Shown: positions 1 through 11,355 of the stretch, one piece after another
How positions within the stretch are numbered: the stretch's first letter is position 1
Layout of the letters: every line of letters begins with the position of its first letter
Assembly: GCF_039654945.1 (NCBI RefSeq)
Contig: NW_027361684.1
Span: 52,452,001-52,516,000 of the forward strand
Source: Dendrobates tinctorius
Taxonomy: Eukaryota
Length of the DNA: 64,000 bases
Reading direction: 5' to 3'
Program-made: the position numbers and the translations under genes
The notes under the pieces: model-generated
Database searches by the model: none
Told to the model about the DNA's origin: nothing
Seen by the model: only the letters and a program-made list of their open reading frames with translations

Positions 1-99
1 GTAAAGATGTTTTGCAGAACTAAAAAAAGCAATAGTTCACAGAAGAAATTTAAAGCAAAACTCCATTTAAAATTGATTCACTCCATTATGTTCAGTGCA

Positions 100-450
100 G
101 AGCCCGAGGCACTACAGTAACCCTCCTTATGCCCACTCTTCTTCAAGACTGCGAGGACTCTCTGCAGAGAAAATGGAGGCAGACACGTCTTCACAGACTC
201 CACAGACTTCTCTTCAGGACCACAACCTCTTCCGTCCGCTAGAAGAAAAGTGACACCTCTCACTGGTCTGCTCACGGAAGCTGGGAAGGTAAGTTTTTTC
301 AGGAGATTCTGTGTTTGGCTCGTCGAAGACCATTCGGAAGGCCACCAGGAAGGCCTGTAGGTCCGAAGTGATACGTGATCTCCCATAGGGGAACTAGCCA
401 GGTCAGGGCATCTCCTGTTAGGAAGGACATTAGGAATCCCACCTTAGCCT
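100..450 (-). pseudogene. Collapsed chromoviral Gypsy remnant (gag fragment, chromodomain fragment, PPT, LTR start)
   Basis: Minus strand reads AKVGFLMSFLTGDALTWLVPLWE, the same gag motif as in the gag ORFs at 10273 and 44282. It is followed by RGVTFLLADGRGCGPEEKS (chromodomain-like YLVDWKGYGPEERSW) and a purine tract ending at TGTAG. Confidence 0.55.
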
Positions 451-689
451 GATAAGAGGAAAATTTAAAAAGAACCTAACCACAACAGCATGATCAGGCA
501 TATGTAATGTAAGCACCCAATTCTACCGAACACCTGGGTCCACAATTGGTGCCAGTGGGTGACACCACTGCCTCTTCAGTTGTGCTAGTTGCTTGCCAAT
601 CCCCTGTCCATGACACTGGCGCAGATGCCTCCTGCCCTACACCTGTCCTTGCACATTCTGACATACCATCATAAGGTGCTTCCAAATCC

Positions 690-2290
690 TTGTCCCAGCA
701 CAGCGTTCAGCTGTCCCTATCCTCGGCCATGGAACGGAAAAGAAAGTCTCCAGCCACCCACTCACAGGTTCAAATACTAAATGGGCATATTTGCAGGCTG
801 CTTGCCGTGGAAATGCTGCACGGAAGACTTCCGCCGACTCATTGCGGCAGCAGTCCCTTGGTACTCATTCCCCAGCTGACACTATTTCTTTTCGTGTGGT
901 GTCCCTGGCTTGTACCAGCACATGTCCAGGAACATCATCTGTGTCATTACCAATGACCTTACTGGACATTGTGGAGGTTGGCATGGCACATGTGCTACTG
1001 ACACCGAAGATTGCTGGCTCCACTTCTACCAGGATTTCCTCCAACACCAGTTCCTGCACCCCTTCCTGCTCCTCCTCATTCTCCATCTCCAATGTGTTAG
1101 CTCCCAGCATGTCATCCACATGAGCTGGAATCTGGAAGCTCTGCCGCACTGCCTAACGAAGCGGAAACAGACAAATTAGCTTCAGCAGAGCTTAAGAGAA
1201 ACCGCACAGTGCGGCAGTTATTGAAAGGAGTAACAGACCAGACATATCTGTGGCTCTCATCAATGATCCTTCAACCAGGCATGGTCGAGTGTGATAATTG
1301 CCGTAACCTGGTGGCAGTTGTGAAGCTTGGCAAGCTCACACAAGTACCATGCATGGACCACGTGCAAAACCCGGTGGTTCAGCGGTTTCTGAAAACCTAC
1401 CCAGATTTGCCAGAGCTTCTGGGTCAAGGTATGCCGCGTCAGCTACTTCCACTGCGGCAGTGCTGTAATAGCGCATGCAAGTGACAGCTCACCAACTAGT
1501 GTGCAACGTGACCACGAGCTGAAACTCCACACTGCACATGCTGGCAAGGTATTGTGAGCAGCAGAGGCCAGTTCTTGAATGTCGGCTCTAACACGCCCGT
1601 CAGTATTCTGGTTAGCCTCCGCAAATAACAACTGAAGAGTGGCCATGGTTGTCTGACATTTGTGCGGTTCTCTAAGACTTGAGGATCTCAAAAGATGGTT
1701 AGGGGCGATGACGCCATCATCAGCGCTGCAACAATCTTGCTTCTGTGCCCACTTAAACAGTCACTGCTCACAAATAAGCATGAAGCTTTTCATGCAGACC
1801 AGGTTAAGATGACGGAAGACTGACAGGGAGACTATGCAGCCAAGCCTCATCTCACCTGCTTAGCGTGAATCGAGTAACAATAAGAAGGTGGAGGAGGAAC
1901 AGGAGCTGGTTGCTAGTGCAATAGAGGCTAGTACCCACACAAGTTTCATCCTGTCTCTCCTACGTGGATGGGCTGCAAAGAGAGAGAGGAGGCAGAGAAG
2001 GAGGTGGAGGAGATGGAGAGTTGTCATCATGGTGGAGACAGGGAAGTGTTCAATGTAGAGAGCTTGGCAGATATGGCCAACTTTATGTACAGCTGCATTT
2101 CCCGTGATCCTTCAATTATGTTCATCTTGGCCAAAAAAAAAAGTACTGGTTGTTCATTCTGCTAGACCCACACAACACGGAGAACCTTGCATCCCTCCTT
2201 CCTGAGGCGGAGAGGTCTACTAAAATGGTACTATAACAGAAGGCCACTGTGGAAAATATGTTGAAAAAAATCCCATCAGATATTTTTGGC
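690..2290 (+). pseudogene. hAT transposase pseudogene
   Basis: Fragments: QLSLSSAMERKRK..THSQVQILNGHICRLLAVEML; MVECDNCRNLVAVVKLGKLTQVPCMDHVQNPVVQRFLK (DN..N and CxxH motifs); CNVTTS*NSTLHMLARYCEQQR (DVxTRWNST motif). Many stops and frameshifts. Confidence 0.8.
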
Positions 2291-2407
2291 ACTTCTTTCT
2301 TCCGTCATAAAATTACACTGAATTTTATTTTTTTTATGTACATTTCAATTTTGGTTTAAATAAATTGTTTTTTTAATCTCCTTTTTAAGTTTTCCTTATA
2401 TACAAGT

Positions 2408-3149
2408 TGTGGTGTAGTAACCACTGTGTCCGCTAGGGGGCGATGTGTGGATGTCCCAGGAGAAAGGATGAATGGCAGAATACTGAATGGCCATTATGTA
2501 TCTCAAGGTGGGTGGCTTTGAGATGGATACTTATGTGTTGATCAGCAGTGATACTGCTGAGGTGCTGCTTTAATGTGACAGGGAGAAGTCTCCAGGTAAC
2601 TAGGGAGATGGGTGGGCCAGTTACCTACAAACCCACCCAGGGGGTGTGTTTAAAGAACACTGTTGTAAAGAGTGTGTAAGTGCTTGAAGGACCTGTGATG
2701 AGGTCAGTCATGTGACCCGGTGGGCGTGGCTATGAACCATATAATGTGGCCAGGGTAGGTCACATGTGGTGAATGCAGGTACCTGATTGGTCCGTTTGGA
2801 AGGTCTCGTGTGGCTACCTTCCTGACAGCATGTGGACGCTGTGTTTAATGGCTGCAAGTGCCTGAGAGTTCCCTGGAGGGAATTAATGTCTGCAGTATGG
2901 AGAAGCAGCCATGAGAACCCTGACGGGGCGAGAACTGTGAGGCTGAAAAGCCTGTGTTTTGGACATTGCTAACAGTGAAGCTCTGTCATGGACGCTATGC
3001 CGTTTATATGATCTTTATGTTGCTGGTCATGGTTTATGATGCCTAATAAACCACATGGACTGTTATGATTTTATGGAAAACCTGTGCCGGATCTGATTTT
3101 GTGGCTGCTGATCGAGTATCCCCTAACTGAATAACAGCGCTACCTCACA
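2408..3149 (+). mobile_element. Solo LTR (Gypsy-type, 4-bp TSD)
   Basis: Ends TGTGGTGTAG...CTACCTCACA; TSD AAGT at 2404-2407 and 3150-3153; AATAAA near 3045. Confidence 0.85.
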
Positions 3150-3378
3150 AAGTCATCACAAAGAAAAGAATGTTTCTTAACTTTTTTTTTTTAATTCCAA
3201 TTTCTTGTCGATTTTGAATGTTTTATTGTCAGTCTTTAAAGTGGAGTAAAAGTGTGACACCATTGTTCTCAGCAGCGATCTGCTGAGTCAGAGATGCTTC
3301 TAGCGGTCTTTCCCATGCTATGCTTCCAGTCGGCATTTTTCCATCCATTTCAACATTTTCACTGCCCCTCACACCTCC

Positions 3379-4060
3379 AGGCCCCTTGAAGAAGGCGGGT
3401 CCGAAACGCGCATCAGGGCGGACGCGCTATCCAGACACTGGAGTACCTCCTGACCACCACTGCCGGTAATTATCATAGAATGGGCTTTGTTCCCTGTGTA
3501 TATAGCGGACACTTTTTGGCGGTAATATAGGTAGTGCAATAGGTGACCAGTCAGGATGTGTGGCTGCATTAATGCATTACCCCATAAACGTTTACTGTCA
3601 TGTAGAGGCAATGTATGCTAATTATAGTAGCCATTTTTTAGTGGTGGATGCTTAATATAATAGACATCTATAATGTGGTCTCTTTACATTATGTAGTATG
3701 TGAGGATATGGTATACAACCTCAGTGGTGAAATCTGAGATAATTAATTTTGGTATATGGTAATTGTAATGTTATTATTAATTATTGATTTATTTTGTTCT
3801 CTTTGAGGTTGACCTACTACTTTGAATAAATTGCCATATTTAGATAGCTATACAATTGGAGACATATAGCAGCTCGTATTCTCCATGTGCTGGATGCGTG
3901 CGTCTTTTTTGTGTGTGTAATCACAATATAGATATGTGTATGTCTATTTCCCCTTAGTCCTCTAATTGGTGATGTGTAGTATTTTATATATGGTTCTAAA
4001 AATAAAGTCTTTTTCATATTAGTAAAAGAGCCTTCTAATCATCTTTTTCTTTGTGGCTAT
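3379..4060 (+). mobile_element. Penelope-like solo pseudo-LTR with hammerhead-like motif
   Basis: 13-bp TSD CCCTCACACCTCC (3366-3378 and 4061-4073); hammerhead-like core at 3381-3420; AATAAA near 4001. Confidence 0.7.
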
Positions 4061-4893
4061 CCCTCACACCTCCTTGTAGGGTCTGCCAGAAAAATGTCAG
4101 ATTTCCCATTGACTCCCTCCCATTATACTGTTACTCGAAACGAGCATCCGAGCATTAGGAATTGCTCGGTTCGCATAACGAGCATCTGAGCATTTTAGTA
4201 CTCGCTCATCACTAGCAAGTATCAATTTTCAGCTGGTTCGCTTCGACTGCCAACCAACGTCTAAAACAATTCAAAACATCGGCCATATGGGTTGGATTTT
4301 TCTTCATGAATCTGCAGAAATCTGATGTGTATCAGGCCTTTGAGGACCGATTATCCGTTCAACCGATGATGACCAATCATTTGTCAGCCTATCTTCATCT
4401 AATGCACATGCGGAGTCTTAAAAGATTTGTTATTTTCATGGTAAGAAAAGGACGTATTCTGGAGAAGATATAATCAGTTTCAGAATATGAAACATTCTAT
4501 ATTCGCCTCTGCTCTTTAACAAGCTGTAAGACCTTTAGCCAAATATAGAAAAAATAGCAGGATGAAACACTGACACATAACACAATTCCACTATGTAAGA
4601 CCATTTAGTTCACAGTGAAAGGCTACTCCACGGGGTTAGAGAATTTTGCATTTACATAGCATTGACAGATTGTCCTGAGGCAAGCACAAATATGTGAGCA
4701 ATAGAGAAAGTAGGAAAAACAGACAAAACGAATTGGACAAGAGATGAAGTTACGGTGAAGTAAAATAGAAGTGCGAGACTCATGCTTGTTATATTTTGCA
4801 TCTAATTCTTGGTTTCATACACAATTAATATCATTTTAGTAGCCACAACAAATATTGTAATAAATGGATGGCTGGAACTGGATATTCTCTTAA

Positions 4894-5140
4894 GGGTATG
4901 TGCACATGATCAGTAAATGCTGCGGATTGGATGCTGATTACTTGTGCAGCTGTTAAAGCTTTATGGATGGAATTTCTAGAAATCCCATGACTACTATGCG
5001 CCCACAGACGCCTGCAGATCTCCCATGGAGACTGACATGCGGCGCGTCTTTCCAGGCTGCAGCATGTGAATACGCATCTCCGCAAGAGAAATTTTATCAG
5101 TGGAATGTATTGGATTCGGCAAAGCGCTTTGGACACAGTG
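4894..5140. mobile_element. Harbinger-type MITE fragment
   Basis: TAA followed by the GGGTATGTGCACA terminus and a partly palindromic interior. Right TIR not found. Confidence 0.4.
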
Positions 5141-6588
5141 AAACTGCGCTGCGTCCAATGCGCTGATAGTTCCGGATTGTGGGCAACAGGCCTCAGGGTT
5201 TTGCAAGAACCTGTACTCCAGAAGGATATGGTCTTACTAAAGTTGGAGAGCGGAAAGCTTTGATATATATGATGTTTTCTAGCATTTTAGCAAAGTATGA
5301 TATGTTTTGCAAAATCTTACAGATGTAGTGGAGGAAAAAAAAAGTCAAGAATTAAATTTTAACCTTTCTAAAAATAAAAACATCTGTAGTTTTACCATAT
5401 CATACTGCTAATGAAAATCTAATAACCTAAAAGAAAATACAACCTACAAAGATTAATGCAGTAAAGGACTTCGACATGATACTTTTCTGTCACATCAGTC
5501 CTAAAATAGGGGGTACAGCACAATCCGGATGTAAACAGTCACCACGCTTACCCATCTTACTCACGTTGGACAGAAATCCTTTCTGTCTACAACACTCTCC
5601 CTCTATATCTGATGACTCTCAGCCAGCTTTTTGTCTTAATTGCAAAACCATCATGTCACTTTTTCCTCTACTTGCCATTTTTCCTAAATTTGCTCTAAAC
5701 AATATTATTTCAGCCCTGGTAATGTGAAACTTTAAAAGCCGCTATGGTAAGACCAAAGCTGAAAATTACAATATTTCAATTTATTGTTTTTTATGCAACT
5801 GTAAAAAAATTCTTAATATACTTAAGTTTTCAAATTATCATTGAGTGCACACACAAACAAAAGGTCAACATTTCCATTTTTAAGAATTTATTTGCCAACA
5901 TTGCTAATTAGAATAATTTTATTACCACTAGGTAGTGTCTGAGCTATATCTGATTTTCACTAATTGAACTCGGACCCATTATATAGTCTATGTTGCTCTT
6001 CACATGTATGCCAATGCACGTCTACAGCTGTCCAGTGAAAAAAAAAAAAAGAAAAATAACATACGGTATATATTTTTTAATAATAAAAATAATATTTTTA
6101 TTATTAGACAGCACTTTTTTTTTTTTTTGGGGGGGGGTATTGTCTCATCCAAAAAAGTCCACACTATCAAAATATAACATTAACTAAGCCATGTGCACTG
6201 CAGCATATACTAATGTAGATGGCAGAAAATAAAAATCGGTCAGGCATGGTACTGTAGAGGAGAAGACATACAATGTACCGTATGTAGTGCGCAGACGTAT
6301 AATGTGAATTCTACACTTAGATTAGCTTGATTACAATGCAAAGAGGGGTCTGTCAGGCTCTTACAGGAAAGTGAGGGAGGGGACTGCAGCACTGAGGAGA
6401 AGCAAAGTGCTGCCAGCTTTGTGAAGCTGGATTCACAGAGGGGCAGATAGAGATAGAAAAAGATATAAAGGTAAAAGAAAAAAAAAACTTCACGGTGCAC
6501 ATAGTCTGTACATTAACAATAAGTAAGCATTTACTGGGCTTTGTGAATAATAAATTGATTGTGAGAAAACCTTTATTCTTCCCTTTAG

Positions 6589-6629
6589 AAAAACCTCAGT
6601 GGAACATGACATCGAAGCTCCCAGAAAAG
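6589..6629 (+). other. Candidate host exon (plus strand)
   Basis: Acceptor ttcttccctttag and donor AAG/gtgaga; open frames KPQWNMTSKLPEK or KTSVEHDIEAPRK. Gene not recognised. Confidence 0.25.
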
Positions 6630-7287
6630 GTGAGAGTTTGATCAATGTTCTGCACATCTATCAGGAAACTGCAGACTGAAGGAATTAAGTAATATCATTC
6701 ATAACATAAGCTGGCACTTTGGGAGCATATATTGATTTTATAACTGCTCAGTGAACCAGAACCTGGGAACACAATATCCAGCCAATATAGAACAAATCCT
6801 CACTTGCAGCTGAAAGCTCATTTGCTACAGAAATCAAAGTGAGATCATTATTACTTGCATGAAAAACATTGCCGGGCTTTCTTCATTGTAGACTCCAAAC
6901 TATATGGGCACTGCAAATTGTTCTTGACCTGATCATAAATCTAACATTAGAAATTGTAAAAGTGTGAGCTTATTCACTACATAGGCTTCAAAAGACAATG
7001 ATGCAAACTAGAACCACCATAGTAAGAAATAGTGATAAACAGATGCTGAACCAAAAAAAATCTAGGCCCTGTATGCAATTTGAGAGTTTTTTTTTTTCTT
7101 TTTACTTTCAGTAAAACTGCATAATATTTGACAGTCAAAAAAACAAAAACAAGAAAACACTGCAGCCGCAATGTATAAATACAGTCTAAAAGTCCAACAA
7201 CATTAGCAATCAAGGGAGAGGAGTATCTTTTTTTAAAATGTTACAAATTTAGGATAGCAGTGAGGACAAAATATGTGGTAGTCTTAC

Positions 7288-7358
7288 CAGTCCCACAATG
7301 GGAAGATATGGTGGTGGACTTGAAACTACAAACCTTGACTTACGGGAGAAATACAGTT
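7288..7358 (-). CDS. Candidate host coding exon, 71 nt
   Basis: Acceptor cattcacttttag and donor CTG/gtaaga; single open frame xLYFSRKSRFVVSSPPPYLPIVGL (phase 1 to 0), in sequence with no recognisable repeat. Confidence 0.35.
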
Positions 7359-7879
7359 CTAAAAGTGAATGCATTCGATGTTTTACATGCATATTTATGT
7401 GAATGACATGTATAGAGGGTCACCGTGAATTAATGACATTGTTTTGCCATCTTTAGTGTATACTGCATTTTGATGCTTTATTGTATCTTTTCTTTAAATC
7501 ACATCATAGTCTTGGTTTGGTACTTTTTCCATGGAAGGGAAAAAAAAACAATAGTAAAAAAAAAAAAATAAAAAAAAAAATCTGCAAGTAATATAAGAAG
7601 TAAATTAAGATTTAGACACTTTCTCTCCAGACTAGGACTACATACTGGTTTAGGCCTCTTTCAGACTTTTTTAATTTTTCATGTGAGCAGGTTTTATCAT
7701 CAGTGATTTTCACATATGAAAAAATGTAAAATAAATACATAGCAAAGCTTCTCCAATACAGCGCAAGGTTAATAACAGACAGCACACAGACTGTACGCTG
7801 ATGCCATCCATGTGCTTTCCATAAATTTCAAGGAACCATAGACTTGCTTACTTGTTTTGGTGTTTTCATCCATGACTTA

Positions 7880-8809
7880 CCGTATATACTCGAGTATAAG
7901 CCGACCCGCGTATAAGCCGACCCCCTTAATTTTGCCACAAAAAACTGGGAAAACTTATTGACTCGAGTATAAGCCTAGGGTGGGAAATGCTCCAGAGATT
8001 ATTCCACCATATGGTGTCCCCAGAAGACGCTCCATATTGTTCCCCCATATTCTGCCCCCATAAGAAGCTCCATAGATTATTCCCCCATATGCTGCCCCCA
8101 TAAGAAGCTCCATAGATTGTTCCCCCATATACTGCCCCCATAAGAAGCTCCATAGATTATTCCCCCATATGCTGCCCCCATAAGAAGCTCCATAGATTGT
8201 TCCCCCATATACTGCCCCCATAAGAAGCTCCTTAGATTATTCCCCCATGTGCTGCCGCTGCTGCTGCATGTAAAAATAAAAAAAAATGACATACTAACCT
8301 CTCCGTCGCTGGGTGTCAGATACTCACCTGTCCTGCGTCCATGGCTGCTCACCACTATCTGCCACGTCATCGGTCAGTGACGTTCAGACTGCAGGGGGCG
8401 CGGCACGCACTAATCACGTCACCGCGCCCTCTGCTGTCTGAAGTCACTGACCGATGACAGACAGCAGCAAGCAGCCATGGACGCAGGACAGGTGAGTATC
8501 GCTATACTTACCCGTCCTGACGCTGTCGCTTGAGTCCCCAGCTTCTACGCGCTCTCTCTTCCTGCATTCAGCGGTCATGTGATACCGCTCATTATATTCA
8601 TGAGTTTTAATGAGCGGTACCACGTGACCGCTGAAGGCAGGAAGAGAGAGCGCGGAGAAGCTGGGGGCTCAAGAGACAGCGTCAGGACAGGTAAGTATGA
8701 CCTGACCCCCCGACCCCCCGATGTATATGACTCGAATATAAGCCGAGAGGGGGACTTTCAGCCCAAAAAAATGGGCTGAAAATCTCGGCTTATATTCGAG
8801 TATATACGG
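7880..8809. mobile_element. Non-autonomous Tc1/mariner (Tc2/pogo-like) element
   Basis: TA TSD; TIRs CCGTATATACTCGAGTATAAGCCGA / TCGGCTTATATTCGAGTATATACGG; no ORF. Confidence 0.85.
8030..8250. repeat. 40-bp minisatellite, about 5.5 copies
   Basis: Unit GCTCCATAGATT(A/G)TTCCCCCATAT(G/A)CTGCCCCCATAAGAA, with alternating variants. Confidence 0.9.
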
Positions 8810-10058
8810 TATATAAAAAAATGAACAAGTCACGGTGAATAGGGAGAGATTAATAGAACCATAGATTATGATGGGCGCGTGTTCTCTCCAGGAAAACCAT
8901 GGACAGAACACGTGCGTGGAAAACTACCACCTCCATGAAGCCTTAATTATATAAAGACATTCATAATGCACATTTACAAAAACAATGTAGAATAAATATC
9001 AATTGCACACTCCTTTTGAATGCAAACAAGATTACATTTATTAAAAGTTCAAAACATAGGAGCAACCTTTGAATGTCAATGCGTCAATGCAACCACCCGG
9101 AAATATGTGAAATACAGGCTTTGCACATTTATCAACTTACTGTTGAGAGTCAGATTTCTGCGTTTACTCAGCAGGGATCCAGATCCTCACATTCTGCACT
9201 CTCCTCCTATTTTTCCACTGCAGAGGAGATTGCAGAGGAGATTGCCTTGCAGCAAATCTCTCCTAAGCTAAGTACTTCTGTCCTCTTACTGGGCATGCTC
9301 ATGGGACGATCTCCCATTGGAGATCGGGAGTCATGTGCACAGGTCCCGCTCCAGTTCTCATTGGTCCCTCTCAGAGATCTGGAAGCGTGCAGAAGGTCCC
9401 GGCTGCTATAAAAGGCGCGCATGGCTGTTCCGCCATGCGCTAGTATAGACTTACTTGCTGCTGTGTGTATGAGGACGGATGCATGATTCTGGTGACTGAC
9501 TCATTTGAAACCCCTTCCCTCTGATATTACGCATGTGGATAGGGACTGAGTTAGAATCAGCGCCAGCACTCCTCTGCTGCAACATCCACAGCTGCTAGCA
9601 TCCGACATTGCGCTTGCGCCTTGCCTTTGTCGTTTAGCTGCAGTGTCCACGCCGCGCTGCAGTAGCAGCCTTCTTTGCGTTCGCAGTTGCAACGCCGCGC
9701 ACACGGTAGGTCTAGACGGACGTAGTGTCGCCGTCTTGGGCTACTCCTGTGACCGTATACCGTGTGTGCGCTTTTTACTGAGTACTGTGACTACAACAGG
9801 CTCAGTCATTTGTGTTTGTACTTTTTGGCATCTCTGTGAGTTAACTGAGATTGCTCTGCGCACCTGGGTGAAGTTTAACCGTGTGCATTTCCGCCATATT
9901 GCTCCTGCCACCACTTAGCAGCAGTTATATCACCTACTGCACGGTGGACCCCGAGCGGCGAACGCACTTTATTATTTTTATTTAGTGCATTCCGAAGTTC
10001 CTAACATTATACTAGCGCCAGGGTCTGGCTAGTGATGGCAGAACAGCGGCAATTCTTA

Positions 10059-10253
10059 GGCTGGAGTCACACTACAGCGAGATACGGCTGAGTTTCACAG
10101 GTTAAAACCAAGCTCTGGCGCCGCCACTCCAGAGCGGAGCGTGCAGCTCCATGTATTGCTGTGCGGCTGCACGCTGCGCTCCGGAGTGCCGGCGCCAGAG
10201 CTTGGTTTTAACCTGCGAGACTTGGCCGTATCTCGCTGTGTGTGATCCCGGCC
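10059..10253. mobile_element. Harbinger MITE (palindromic, 195 bp)
   Basis: TTA TSD (10056-10058 and 10254-10256); TIRs GGCTGGAGTCACAC / GTGTGATCCCGGCC; inserted after codon 8 of gag (ATG 10035). Confidence 0.9.
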
Positions 10254-10272
10254 TTACAGTGTATTCGGCAGC

Positions 10273-11355
10273 TTGAGGGCCGGCTGGCCACTCGAGAGGG
10301 CTCTCTCAGCTGCACAATCCACCGAAGCTGCTGTAAAGGCAATCACAGACACAGTTTCCCGTATGTCCACGTCCTCCCCCGCGCCGACAGTTACCCAACT
10401 CCCGTTGCCCGATAAATTTTCTGGTGATGGCGCCTCCTGTAGGGGTTTCATCAGCCACTGCTCCATTCAGCTGAAGTTACTGGCTGCGCGATTCCCTACA
10501 GAACGGGCCAAGGTGGGGTTTATTGTCTCCCTGCTGTCGGGCAAAGCGTTGGAGTGGGCTACGCCACTATGGGAGCGTGGTGACCCAGAGGTCCGGACCG
10601 CTGCTCACTTTCTAACAGCTATTAAGCAGGTCTTCCTCGGTCCACGGGTCACGCACGATACCTCTCTTCAGCTTCTTGCTTTGACTCAGGGTGCACTCTC
10701 GGTTAGTCAGTATGCCGTCCGTTTTCGGACACTGGCTTCCGAGTTGGAGTGGTCCGATAAAGCCCTCATCCCTGTGTTTTGGAGAGGTTTGCCGGAGCAT
10801 GTTAAAGATGCTCTCTCCACTAGAGAGGTTCCTGCCAGTTTGGAAGAGCTGATTGCCATTTCCACCCGCATTGACCTCTGTTTTTCGGAGCGCGGTATGG
10901 AGCGTGCTCAATCCAAACGGAAGGTTACTCCGGCTCCCAATTTTTTTGAGCCTTTGGAACTCTCCGAGCCAGAGGTTCCACCTCCAGAGCCCATGGAGGT
11001 GTCTCCCGCCATTCTTCAGGCGTGTCCGGCACAAGACTCCAGTCGCTGTCATATTTGTCAACACGCGGTGTCTCAGAACAACAGTGCCCCGCAACGGCCA
11101 AATTCTGTACCGCCAGGTAAGGCCCTTGCTCCTCCCCACCTTCAGCCGAAGGTTCTTGCCTGGGCACACACGTCCAGGAGGGGTGGTCACTGTGGCTATA
11201 TGCAGACCACAAAACTCCTGGCAGGGTCTTACTGGTGGCCGCACAGGGCTCGGGATGTTAAAAATATATTCGGGCCTGCGCCTTTTGTGCTCGGAATAGC
11301 CTCCTTAAGCGAAGAGCGAAGACGCCTGCCGACACACGGTGGCGTTCCACTTTAA
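10273..11355 (+). pseudogene. Gypsy gag (PEG10/RTL-like capsid) fused to an integrase zinc-finger fragment
   Basis: LPDKFSGD..CRGFI..C, AKVGFIVSLLSGKALEWA..LW, QG..SV.QYA.RF, EPMEV; then AHTSRRGGHCG..T..LL..YWWP (integrase HHCC region). Confidence 0.85.

Larger units (their letters stand above)
490..4214 (+). mobile_element. Degenerate hAT (ZBED1-like) DNA transposon, right end preserved
   Basis: Transposase fragments lie at 690-2290. The hAT-type terminus ...CTCGCTCATCACTA ends at 4214, with GAGCAT subterminal repeats at 4140-4200. Left end not located. Confidence 0.65.
7653..8942. mobile_element. Old Harbinger-type MITE interrupted by a Tc2-like element
   Basis: TTA-GGCCTCTTTCAGAC ... ATGAAGCC-TTA; TIRs are degenerate. 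Confidence 0.45.

Noticed and set aside
5549-5700. Minus-strand exon ending in GG/gtaag
   Set aside because: No pyrimidine-rich acceptor, and stops in all frames upstream.
7926-8370. Gly/Tyr-rich keratin-like ORFs
   Set aside because: Translation of the 40-bp minisatellite inside a MITE.
10273-11355. Domesticated PEG10/RTL gene
   Set aside because: Flanked by LTRs and a TSD, and its start is disrupted by a MITE.
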